A stretch of 64,000 nt of DNA from a bacterium (GTDB lineage: Bacteria; JAAXHH01). The notes beneath the pieces are model-generated. The model was given only the letters and a program-made list of their open reading frames with translations. It was not told the origin of the DNA and searched no databases. The first letter of the stretch is position 1. Every line of letters starts with the position of its first letter. The translations under genes and the position numbers were made by a program. Shown piece by piece: positions 1 through 7,999 of the stretch. The stretch is from positions 3,231,970 to 3,295,969 of the forward strand of contig OZ241920.1 in NCBI GenBank assembly GCA_965203885.1, in the 5' to 3' direction.

Positions 1-11
1 GCGCCCGGATG

Positions 12-647
12 TTAATGCAGGCCGTCCGGCCCGCGGCAGATTTCGGTGTGGCGCCAGCCCGGTCCATGGCGTCGGTCCTTCAGGATTTCGATTTCACATT
101 GAAAACGGTCCACCGCCAGGCGGCGGCAGGAGGTCTGGCCCCTCAGGGTGACCATCGGCCCCAGCGAAGGCGCCTCACGGGACTTGGCGGTCAGGCACAG
201 GAGGGCGGCGTGGTGGTCCCGCGCCTGCCGGGCCAGGCGCACCTGCAGCGGCACGGGGACCCTGGAATCGGCGTGCAGGTCCATCACCACCAGCCCGAAG
301 CCGCCCGAACGCAGGACCCGGTCCGCCGCCCGCGCCGCGGCCCGGGCGTCCGGTACGCGGATGACCACCAGGGCGTCCAGGTCCACGCCGCTCTCCGCCG
401 CGTCCGGCGCGAAGAAGGTGTCCGGCGTCGCCGCGATCCAGGCCGCCGGCTCGCCCTCGAGCTGGGCGTCCAGCACCAGCCGGAAGGCGGCCGTCAGCAG
501 GGCGGTCCCGGGGACGGACGAGAGCTCGCAGAACCGCCCGGCCAGCTGGGCCCGCGACCAGCGCGGCCGCTCCTCCCGCTTCTTGGCGGGCATCCGCGTG
601 AGATAGGGTTCGAGATCCTGCAGATCCCGGTCCCGCTGGGACGACAT
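12..647 (-). CDS. imuA: ImuA-like RecA-fold/SulA-like protein of the imuA-imuB-dnaE2 mutagenesis cassette. imuB would lie beyond the window start.
   Basis: 211 aa with an ELSSVPG...G(F)GLVVMD RecA/SulA-like core. Sits directly downstream of lexA on the same strand, the known lexA-imuA-imuB-dnaE2 arrangement. ATG at 647 with a GAAGGAA Shine-Dalgarno. Confidence 0.55.
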   Translation of the reverse strand: MSSQRDRDLQDLEPYLTRMPAKKREERPRWSRAQLAGRFCELSSVPGTALLTAAFRLVLDAQLEGEPAAWIAATPDTFFAPDAAESGVDLDALVVIRVPDARAAARAADRVLRSGGFGLVVMDLHADSRVPVPLQVRLARQARDHHAALLCLTAKSREAPSLGPMVTLRGQTSCRRLAVDRFQCEIEILKDRRHGPGWRHTEICRGPDGLH

Positions 648-726
648 AGTGGTTCCTTCTACTGTTCGATGACTTATTCAATACGTTGATCTGATATTCC
701 CTGTTCGACGCGACGGGCCGGCCGTC

Positions 727-1341
727 CTACTCAACGCTCCGCCGCACCTCGATGACCTTGCCCAGGAGCGAAAAAGGCGCGCCGTCCTCCCGGGGGATGA
801 TCGGGCTGAAGGCCTCGTTCTCCGGATGCAGCTCGACGCGCCCGTCCCGCTCCCGGTACCGCTTGACCGTTGTCTCGTCGCCCACCAGGGCCACCACGAT
901 GTCCCCCGGAGTGGCCGTCGGCTGCCGGCGCACGATCACGATATCCCCAGGCAGGATGCCGGCATGGAGCATGCTCTCCCCCTCCACCGCCAGCGCGAAG
1001 AGCTCATCGTCGTCGAAACGCGTCTGCACCATGATGTATTCCGGGGGATCCTCCATGGCCTCGGTCAGCTCGCCCGCCTGGACGCGTCCCAGCATGGCGA
1101 TCAACTGGGGCGGACGGGCCTTGCCGAACTCCGGCAGCCGGTAGGAGCGGGACCTGCCGCCGGTCTTGGCGAGCTTGCCGTCGACCACCAGCCGCTCCAG
1201 GTGCTGGCGGGCGGACTGGACGGCCCGGAACCCGAAGGCGCGCTGCACCTCCCGGGTGGTGGGCGGCATGCCGCCCAGGATCCGGTCCCGCACGAAATCG
1301 TAGATCTTCTTCCGGGTCTCTCCGGGCGATGTGTAGGCCAT
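727..1341 (-). CDS. lexA: LexA repressor (S24 peptidase, SOS regulator)
   Basis: N-terminal winged HTH (TTREVQRAFGFRAVQSARQHLERLVVDG), the Ala-Gly cleavage region and a C-terminal S24 domain with GDIVIVRR and a catalytic-type Ser/Lys layout. The true start is the internal ATG at 1341, not the track start at 1422. Confidence 0.85.
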   Translation of the reverse strand: MAYTSPGETRKKIYDFVRDRILGGMPPTTREVQRAFGFRAVQSARQHLERLVVDGKLAKTGGRSRSYRLPEFGKARPPQLIAMLGRVQAGELTEAMEDPPEYIMVQTRFDDDELFALAVEGESMLHAGILPGDIVIVRRQPTATPGDIVVALVGDETTVKRYRERDGRVELHPENEAFSPIIPREDGAPFSLLGKVIEVRRSVE

Positions 1342-1424
1342 GATGGTCTCCCAGGGACGGGGACGGTGAATGGGTCGATGGCAGGGGCCGAGACGCACCA
1401 AAACGCGCGCCTGAAAATCCATAA

Positions 1425-1442
1425 AACAGACATTTGTCTGTT
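1425..1442. promoter_or_regulatory. Perfect 18-bp palindrome AACAGACAtTTGTCTGTT about 85 bp upstream of lexA; candidate SOS box / LexA operator
   Basis: 8-bp perfect inverted arms with a 2-bp spacer, sitting in the lexA promoter region. It does not match the E. coli or Gram-positive consensus exactly, so the assignment is positional. Confidence 0.35.
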
Positions 1443-1722
1443 ATGTCAAGTGTTTTTAGGAAAAGATTGTGGACGGCTGAGCACTATCAGCGCACAGGCG
1501 GAATAGATGGTAAAGGGATGTCGAGGGAGTCTTATGGAGATGGCAAGGGGGCTTGTACCGGAGTGGATTCTCGTACAAACCGTCCCGCCAAGTCGCGAAC
1601 AGGAACTAATTTGCTATTTCAAGGTAGGCGGATTTGGCGGTTGGCTCGGGTATGGGATACCCTTCTTCTCTCATCTCCCTCTGGCAATCTGCGACTGCTT
1701 CAGGCTGTTAAGAGTCAATCAA

Positions 1723-1911
1723 TTACTTGACCGACTCTACCTCAAGATCTCGACAAATCTTCTTCGCCAGCAAGTCGTCGATTTCCCTATGTCGCGGAAT
1801 CGAAGAACGCCGATCACCTCGACTATTGCGCCACCAGGAATGACGACTGCCTTCACGGATCATTACACATCCTCTACGTCGAAGGTGTTTCAGCAGTTCA
1901 ATTCGTTTCAT
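1723..1911 (-). CDS. hicA: HicA mRNA-interferase toxin
   Basis: 62 aa MKRIELLKHLRRRGCVMIREGSRHSWWRN..., typical HicA with the catalytic His in the GSHH-like motif. Its ATG overlaps the hicB stop by 4 bp (ATGA). Confidence 0.75.
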   Translation of the reverse strand: MKRIELLKHLRRRGCVMIREGSRHSWWRNSRGDRRSSIPRHREIDDLLAKKICRDLEVESVK

Positions 1912-2117
1912 GCGATGACTACTTTTTCCTCCTGGTAGTCGTCTCCCGCTGCCGCCAGGGCCTCGCGCCGATTGAACTCCAAGGCTTCTGAAAGCGATTC
2001 GACAAGGGTTTGCCGCAATGCCTGAAGGGTCCGTTCCTGGCAATTAACACCAGGCACTTCCTCAATCCAGCCAATCCACCACTCGCCTCTGCGTTTCACA
2101 ACTGCCGTGTATTCCAT
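1908..2117 (-). CDS. hicB: HicB antitoxin (UPF0150 / RNase-H-like fold)
   Basis: 69 aa MEYTAVVKRRGEWWIGWIEEVPGVNCQERTLQALRQTL..., a HicB N-terminal domain. GAGGAA Shine-Dalgarno; translationally coupled to hicA. Confidence 0.75.
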   Translation of the reverse strand: MEYTAVVKRRGEWWIGWIEEVPGVNCQERTLQALRQTLVESLSEALEFNRREALAAAGDDYQEEKVVIA

Positions 2118-2411
2118 TTTTGTTCCTCAGTTGGACAGTGAGTTGGCGTTTAGAAATACGACTTTAGCAACGTTGCGTGAGGGATCATAAAGGTACCGGG
2201 TGAGCCCTGGTGATTCTGGATTTATGAAACTACAGTCCTATAATAAAGGAATTAGATATTTGAAGCAACTGTCCGGTCCGCCATGGCCGCTGACGCCGAA
2301 TCAGTCGTGCGGAATCACAGAAATCGGTGAAGACTCAACGGGTAGTCAATAAAGACACTTTATCAAAAATATCCCTTGTTTACTGACACAATTAACGTTA
2401 ATTATGTCAAT

Positions 2412-3611
2412 ATGATGACAGATTCATACATTCCTCAGGCACAACTCGCCCGGCTCGCTCAACGGGTTACACCGGGAAAAGTCGTCGTGGTCTACGGTCC
2501 CAGGAGGGTGGGCAAGACCACGCTGATCAAGCGCTACATTCGGAAACACGACCCCGACGCCCTGCTCGTGACGGGGGAGGATATCGTGGTCCGGGAATAC
2601 CTCGAGAGTCAATCCCTGGCCAAACTGACGTCCTTCGTCGGGCGGCGGCGTACACTGATTATCGACGAAGCGCAGCATGTCCGGGAGATCGGACTGAATC
2701 TCAAGCTGCTGGCCGATCACGTCGAGGGGCTTCGGATCATCGCCACGGGTTCTTCCTCCTTCGACCTGGCCCGGCAAACCGGCGAGCCCCTGACCGGCCG
2801 AAAGCATACCCTGCCGCTTCTGCCCCTGGCCCAACTGGAAATCCAGGAACGGGAGTCCGCCCACCAGACCAGGGCCCATCTCGAGCAGCGGCTGATCTAC
2901 GGATCGTATCCGGAAGTCGTCCTCATGGACTCGAACGAAGACCGGCAACGCTACATAAAGGAATTGATCGCGTCCTATCTTTTTAAAGACATACTCCAGT
3001 TGGAAGGCATTCGAAATGCGGACAGGCTGACCAGACTGCTGCAGATGCTTGCCTTCCAGATCGGACAACAGGTTTCGACCTCCGAACTGGGCACCCAACT
3101 CGGCATGAGCGCGAACACCGTGGATCGCTATCTGGACCTGCTCGAAAAATCCTATATCCTCTACAGCCGCCGCGGTTTCAGCCGCAACCTGCGAAAGGAA
3201 ATAACCAAGAGCCGGAGGTACTACTTCTACGACAACGGCATCAGGAACGGGCTGATCAGCAACTTCAACCCATTGGCGATGCGTGACGACGTGGGGTATC
3301 TGTGGGAAAGTTACGTCCTGGTTGAGCGGATGAAGTACAACCTTTACAACGACCGCCTGGCCGAAAGCTACTTCTGGCGAACCTACGACCGGCAGGAAAT
3401 CGACCTGGTCGAGGAATGGGGCGGGCGATTGCTCGCGACGGAGATGAAATGGTCCGCCAGGTCAAGTCGGGCGCCGGGTGCCTGGCGCAAGGCCTACCCC
3501 GACAGCACCTACCAGGTTGTCCATCCGGAAAACTACCTGGGTTTTATATGCCATGATCTCGAAAGACAGCGCCATGATCCGTGGCCCGAAAATCAAGGAG
3601 AACCCGAATGA
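2412..3611 (+). CDS. AAA+ ATPase with C-terminal DUF4143 (COG1373 family)
   Basis: Walker A GPRRVGKTT, Walker B LIIDEAQ and a DUF4143-like C-terminus. First ATG at 2412 (the track start at 2376 is TTG). Flanking DNA is AT-rich relative to the backbone. Confidence 0.7.
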   Translation: MMTDSYIPQAQLARLAQRVTPGKVVVVYGPRRVGKTTLIKRYIRKHDPDALLVTGEDIVVREYLESQSLAKLTSFVGRRRTLIIDEAQHVREIGLNLKLLADHVEGLRIIATGSSSFDLARQTGEPLTGRKHTLPLLPLAQLEIQERESAHQTRAHLEQRLIYGSYPEVVLMDSNEDRQRYIKELIASYLFKDILQLEGIRNADRLTRLLQMLAFQIGQQVSTSELGTQLGMSANTVDRYLDLLEKSYILYSRRGFSRNLRKEITKSRRYYFYDNGIRNGLISNFNPLAMRDDVGYLWESYVLVERMKYNLYNDRLAESYFWRTYDRQEIDLVEEWGGRLLATEMKWSARSSRAPGAWRKAYPDSTYQVVHPENYLGFICHDLERQRHDPWPENQGEPE

Positions 3612-3651
3612 CCAGGTGGCGTGAAATCACCTTCTACGTGGACAAGCCCGA

Positions 3652-3690
3652 AAGCGCGGGGGCCGGCCGCGACAGCACGGGAACCGGCCC
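3652..3690 (+). terminator. GC-rich hairpin GGGGGCCGG-N17-CCGGCCCCC downstream of the ATPase gene
   Basis: Perfect 9-bp stem seen directly in the sequence, with no clear U-tract. Candidate factor-independent terminator of the high-GC type. Confidence 0.25.
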
Positions 3691-3910
3691 CCTTAGCGCG
3701 GGGGCCGACCCCGATTACTCCGACTGCGCCTGTTGTCCAAATAAAAGTGTTTGAATGAGCATGAATATTGCATTAAAATCAAATTTCGTCCTGGACTGAT
3801 ACTAACAAGAACACCTTCAAATCTCGTTTACGTCTCGTCCCGGCCTGGCGCTGGATCATCCGTATATCCAGACCGGGGCGCCCCGCCACAACCAATGGGA
3901 GGCTTGACCC

Positions 3911-5314
3911 ATGCTTCGAGTTGCGACGCTGCTTTGCGCGGCCGCCCTGAGCTGGTACGCGCAACCGGCGCAGGCCCAGGCAGTGACCCAGGAAACGCTC
4001 CTGAACGCGTACTACGACCTCTGGCACGAACTGGGCAGGCAGCCGACTTCGGGGGAAGTCGAGGCGCAGACGCCCTATTCCGCCGGCCGTTACCTGGAGG
4101 TCTGGGAGGACTGGGACGGCGTTCGGCAGGCGCTGGTCGACCATCTGTACCAGAGAGCGCTGTTCGCGGCGCTGCAGCAGGACACGGATACCGCCACGGA
4201 GTTCTATCAGAAAATCCTGGAAATCGATCCCGATCATCCGGAGGCGAATTCGGCTTACGGGATCGACCTGGATGAAGCGGCGGGAAGACGCGCCGAATTC
4301 ACCGTGGAGAAAGCCGGATCGCCGGCGATGTCTTCCTTTATGACGTTTCTTTCCTTACGCGCCCAGGGCGACGGACAGGGGGCGCGCGACTACTTCATGC
4401 TGGCACAGAGCCAGAAGGCGCAACACGTCGCCTCGGAGACCGCGAAGCTGAAGGAACGGTACGACAACGCCGTCGCGCTGTATGAGGGGGGATCGTACAC
4501 GGAGGCGATCGAACAGTTCCGGTTGTTGATGGAAACGAGACCGAACCAGATAGGCTACGATGAAATCTACCGTCCGAACGCCGACGCCATCCGGCAGTAC
4601 CTGGAGGACGCCATCGCGAAAAACGTCGCGGCACGCGCCTCCAGGATCGTATCCATTTCCGATAATTCCAGGTTCTCGGTGTGGATCACCGGCAACTGGA
4701 TGGCGCAGATGGGCGAAATGGGACTGCAGGGAACTCACCTGAGATACGTCCCGACGGGCGAGTTCAACCAGCTGGCCCTGGGGCGTGTGCCGCTCCCTGG
4801 CGACATGAAGCTGGCGCCCAATTCCTACCTGGGAGGCGACCTGGGCGTATCGTTTCGCGTTACGGACTTTCTCTGGGCCGGCGCCGCCTGGTCACAACTG
4901 GTACTGACGCCCTACGCCGAGCTCTCCATGGGCAGCCTGGAAGGCTCCCACAAATTGCCGGAGGGTTCGATTTCGGCCATTTCGGTCTTCGTGGAACCGT
5001 CCACGATGATCTCGAATACGATGCGTGTATACGCGCAGGCGGGCGTGGGACGCTACAGCATCGATTTGCCGGATGCCAGCCTGGGCGCCTCGGGCGCGGG
5101 AAGTCTGCCGAGGTTGTCGTCCCACAAGAGCGCATCGATCGGGGGGTACCTGGGCGGTGGATGCAATTTATGGTTCCTGGCCACCGAAAGCGGGCTGCTG
5201 GGGCTCCGGCTGGATGCGAAGTACCATCTTACCAGGGGGACCGACGGCAGTACGGATCGAACCGTGACACTGGGCGGTGTGCGGCTCGGCGCCGGCCTTA
5301 CGTTCTCGATGTAG
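3911..5314 (+). CDS. Secreted protein with an N-terminal signal peptide, a TPR-like helical region and a beta-rich C-terminal half (possible outer-membrane protein)
   Basis: MLRVATLLCAAALSWYAQPAQA-QA signal peptide. No catalytic motifs recognised. C-terminal half is rich in alternating hydrophobic/Gly residues. Confidence 0.5.
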   Translation: MLRVATLLCAAALSWYAQPAQAQAVTQETLLNAYYDLWHELGRQPTSGEVEAQTPYSAGRYLEVWEDWDGVRQALVDHLYQRALFAALQQDTDTATEFYQKILEIDPDHPEANSAYGIDLDEAAGRRAEFTVEKAGSPAMSSFMTFLSLRAQGDGQGARDYFMLAQSQKAQHVASETAKLKERYDNAVALYEGGSYTEAIEQFRLLMETRPNQIGYDEIYRPNADAIRQYLEDAIAKNVAARASRIVSISDNSRFSVWITGNWMAQMGEMGLQGTHLRYVPTGEFNQLALGRVPLPGDMKLAPNSYLGGDLGVSFRVTDFLWAGAAWSQLVLTPYAELSMGSLEGSHKLPEGSISAISVFVEPSTMISNTMRVYAQAGVGRYSIDLPDASLGASGAGSLPRLSSHKSASIGGYLGGGCNLWFLATESGLLGLRLDAKYHLTRGTDGSTDRTVTLGGVRLGAGLTFSM

Positions 5315-5420
5315 CGGGCGTTACGTGACGCGTTCGATGTAGCCGGTCTTACCTGACGTGTTTGATGTAGCGGGCCGCACGTGGCGCGCTCGATGTAGCG
5401 GGTCTGTCGTGCCGCGCTCT
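5301..5420. repeat. Four tandem 28-30-bp direct repeats (core TCGATGTAGCGGGNC); the first copy contains the stop codon of the preceding gene
   Basis: cgttctcgatgtagcgggcg... / cgttcgatgtagccggtc... / tttgatgtagcgggccgc... / ctcgatgtagcgggtctg... Confidence 0.8.
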
Positions 5421-5478
5421 CTACATTCTCCATGTAATTGATTCGAGGCCGGCCTCGCGTATCCCGGCTGGCCGGATC

Positions 5479-5733
5479 TCAGTACCTTTGCCTGGAAACG
5501 ACGGACCACAGGAAGACCGCCATGCCGGCGAGGACGAGCCCGGCGCCCAGGCACAGGAACAGGGTCATCGAGACCGGGTGGATCCAGAACAGGGTCGCCA
5601 CTTCCACGGCCAGCCCCGCTATGATCAACCAGCCCGCAACGCATAGGCGCGCGGCGAATCCCTTTCGGCGGCCGATCCCTCCCGCACCATTCATTTCACC
5701 ACCCATTTTGCAAGCAATGCCCCGTCCATGCAT
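5479..5733 (-). CDS. Small hypothetical membrane protein with two predicted TM helices
   Basis: 84-aa ORF (or 70-75 aa from internal Met) with helices WLIIAGLAVEVATLFWI and LFLCLGAGLVLAGMAVFLW. Sits immediately downstream of the NrfH-like gene on the same strand. Start codon uncertain. Confidence 0.3.
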   Translation of the reverse strand: MHGRGIACKMGGEMNGAGGIGRRKGFAARLCVAGWLIIAGLAVEVATLFWIHPVSMTLFLCLGAGLVLAGMAVFLWSVVSRQRY

Positions 5734-5737
5734 CAGC

Positions 5738-5884
5738 CTCCCTGACCGTCAATAACCCCGCTCACTCTGCCGCTTCCGGCTGCCATCTCCCTGACAGTCA
5801 CTCATCCCGCTCACTCTGCCGCTTCCGCCCGCCATCTCCCTGACCGTCAGTAATCCGGCTCACTCTCCCGCTTCCGGCCGCCAT
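5738..5884. repeat. Three tandem 49-bp direct repeats (CTCCCTGACNGTCANTNANCCCGCTCACTCTSCCGCTTCCGSCNGCCAT)
   Basis: Seen directly. The array spans the last codons and stop of the NrfH-like gene and abuts the start of the small membrane ORF. Each unit has the near-palindrome CTGACCGTCAG. Confidence 0.8.
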
Positions 5885-6426
5885 CGTCCGAACCGTTCCA
5901 GCTTGTCCACCTCGTGCACCAGGTTGTGGCACATCACGCATGACCGGGAACCGTCGAGGAGCTCACGCAGATAGGGCAGGTGGTCCGGATGCTCCTCGTA
6001 CGTCCGCGCGCCCGCGTGACATTCGAGACAGGCCGTGTTTTCGAAAGGCTCGTACAGCGCGATCGGCTCCGACCAGGTCCCCCAGACGTTGTGCCAGACG
6101 TGCCGCACGCCCCGGATCTTGTCGTCCACGTCCCCGAACATGGTGTAGTCCGAATGGCAGGCGTAGCAGGCGCGGTCCGCGGGGATCCGCTTGTTCTGAA
6201 AATGGGCGGCGGGCAGGAACCGCCCGTCGTCGATATACAGGCTCTCTCCGAAGGGTTTGTTGACGTGGCAGGAGACGCAGAACTCGGTCGACTTGGCCTG
6301 CTCGTAGTGCTGCACGGATCCACCGAGCAGCGCCACGCCGGGCAGCACGAAGAACGTGAAAAAGGCGAATATCATGCCGCCGGCCGAGGCGGTAAGATCG
6401 GGCCGCCTCAGGACCACCGCGATCAT
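5860..6426 (-). CDS. NapC/NirT/NrfH-family membrane-anchored tetrahaem cytochrome c (quinol dehydrogenase type)
   Basis: Four CxxCH motifs (CVSCH, CYACH, CLECH, CVMCH) after an N-terminal TM helix. ATG at 6426. An alternative GTG at 6504, with GGAG 9 nt upstream, would add a second TM helix. The long track ORF extending to 6924 is rejected. Confidence 0.7.
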   Translation of the reverse strand: MIAVVLRRPDLTASAGGMIFAFFTFFVLPGVALLGGSVQHYEQAKSTEFCVSCHVNKPFGESLYIDDGRFLPAAHFQNKRIPADRACYACHSDYTMFGDVDDKIRGVRHVWHNVWGTWSEPIALYEPFENTACLECHAGARTYEEHPDHLPYLRELLDGSRSCVMCHNLVHEVDKLERFGRWRPEAGE

Positions 6427-6468
6427 GGCGAGCGTGACGGCCGCCAGGAAGATGAGGCTGACGGTCAG

Positions 6469-6504
6469 TCCGGTCAGTCCGGACAGTCCGGTCAATCCGG
6501 CCAC
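6469..6504. repeat. 9-bp microsatellite (GGTCAGTCC)x4 at the 5-prime end or leader of the NrfH-like gene
   Basis: ggtcagtcc ggtcagtcc ggacagtcc ggtcaatcc. It is in frame (GLT)n if the GTG 6504 start is used. Confidence 0.7.
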
Positions 6505-6688
6505 TCGGTTCGACTCCTGTCCCGCTGTGAGGCGTTTTCGCGCTAAGTCGGGGCGTTTGGGCCGCGTCGGCCGAGCCGCCAAGGCGCGCCGGCTGCTTCG
6601 GCCCGACCACTCCAACCGCTCCGGCCGCGCCAACCGCTTCGGCCAGGACGTTCCGATCTCTTCGGCTACCCCAGGCCACTCCAACCGC

Positions 6689-7999
6689 TTACTCCGCCCC
6701 GCCGTACCTCCTGGCGTCTTCACGAAGGTCCCGGGCGAGCGACCTGATCTCGGCCAGGTCCTGCACCATCTCGCTCCAGCCGTACCACAGCGCGTAATCG
6801 GGATTGTTGTGGAAGGTCCCCTGGAACGCCCGCATGCGATGCTCCAGGTGCATCCGGAAGAGGCGCTGCTCGATGGTCGAAGGCGCGTCGTGGAACGCCA
6901 GCAGGTCGGGAAAGTCGTAGGCATAGTGTTCAGGCCGGACCAGGATCCCGTCCCGGTAGAGCGCGGAGACGATGCGGATGGCCTCGGCCAGGAGCCGGTC
7001 GGTCTCGCGGATCATCTCGTCGCCCTTTTCGAGTTCCGCCCGCACGAGATTCTCCGAATGGCACTGCTCGCAGATCCCGGTCATGCGGTCGCGCTCGCGC
7101 TGCCAGTCTTCCTGGGTCAGCCGGGCCACGTCGGCCTGCCTGACCACCTCCAGCCGCGGAGTGGGGTTGCCATCGGGGTCCAGCACGCCGAGCGCCTGGA
7201 GGATGGTCGCCCGGTCCGCCGCCCACTGCGCGTCTTCCGGCATGGGCAGGCGGACGGCCAGGAACCCCCACGCGGTCCGCACGCCATGGTCGCCCTGGGG
7301 CATGTGGCAGGTCTGGCACGTGGGCGCCTGGGCATGTTCCGGCAGCGTGCCGTTCTGCTTGAGCAGGTGCCGCACGCCGTGCTTGGAGGAGGAGTACATC
7401 TCCCACTGGGGATGGTCGAATCCCATGTGGCACGTCCTGCACGCCTGGGGCTCCCGCGCCTCCTTCACCGAAAAGAGATGGCGGGTGTGGCATACGTCGC
7501 AGGACGACAGGCCGAACAGCCCGTCCTGCGCCTTGATCGTCTTGATTTCCTCTTCGGTCTTGAGGCCGATGCGGTGGCACCCGCCGCAGCCTTTCATCCC
7601 CTCGGTCAGGGCCATGGGCAGGAAGTGCGTCGTCGGCATGGCGTTCATGCTGGCCCAGGCGAGGGCGTGCTTGCCCCCCGCGAACTGTTCCACCTGGATC
7701 GGATGGCACGTGGCGCAGACGTCGGGCGTGGCGACCCCGGCCAGGTGCGCGTCCTCCTCCGTGCGGTGCTCGCCGCCGTGACACATCACGCAGTACACGC
7801 CGCTCGTGCTGTGGGTGCTGAGTTCCCAGTCCGTGACGATACCGGGCGTGGCGTCCTGGTGGCAGGTCACGCAGTCGGACGCGGCCCGGGGCGGTTCTGC
7901 CGAAGGACCGCAGGATGCTACGGAAGCTACGGAAATCAAAAAAGACAGGGCGAAAAGCGGAATGAACGGGCGGCGGGTGGGGGCAGGGAGCTTCATCAT
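6689..7999 (-). CDS. Octaheme c-type cytochrome, hydroxylamine-oxidoreductase (HAO)-like family, predicted lipoprotein
   Basis: Eight CxxCH motifs (CVTCH, CVMCH, CATCH, CGGCH, CDVCH, CRTCH, CQTCH, CEQCH) followed by a haem-free helical C-terminus of about 130 aa. Signal peptide with lipobox SVASC. Start taken at MMKLP (7999). Family call is by haem count and layout; no CxxCK, no CX15CH. Confidence 0.65.
   Translation of the reverse strand: MMKLPAPTRRPFIPLFALSFLISVASVASCGPSAEPPRAASDCVTCHQDATPGIVTDWELSTHSTSGVYCVMCHGGEHRTEEDAHLAGVATPDVCATCHPIQVEQFAGGKHALAWASMNAMPTTHFLPMALTEGMKGCGGCHRIGLKTEEEIKTIKAQDGLFGLSSCDVCHTRHLFSVKEAREPQACRTCHMGFDHPQWEMYSSSKHGVRHLLKQNGTLPEHAQAPTCQTCHMPQGDHGVRTAWGFLAVRLPMPEDAQWAADRATILQALGVLDPDGNPTPRLEVVRQADVARLTQEDWQRERDRMTGICEQCHSENLVRAELEKGDEMIRETDRLLAEAIRIVSALYRDGILVRPEHYAYDFPDLLAFHDAPSTIEQRLFRMHLEHRMRAFQGTFHNNPDYALWYGWSEMVQDLAEIRSLARDLREDARRYGGAE

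Noticed and set aside
1434-1938. Track ORFs 1434-1730 and 1507-1938 (+) in the hicA/lexA intergenic region
   Set aside because: They overlap hicA antisense or lie in the lexA promoter. They have no RBS or recognisable domains and TTG starts. Treated as noise, although the 280-bp lexA-hicA spacer remains unexplained.
5301-5884. Possible CRISPR array, because of regularly repeated 28-49-bp units
   Set aside because: The repeats are directly adjacent without unique spacers. There is no partially palindromic repeat with spacers of 30-40 bp and no cas genes nearby.
5860-6924. 354-aa extended ORF for the NrfH-like protein overlapping the octaheme gene
   Set aside because: The N-terminal 166 residues are a low-complexity read-through of intergenic repeats and overlap the upstream gene. 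The cytochrome domain plus TM anchor begins at 6426, or at the GTG at 6504.
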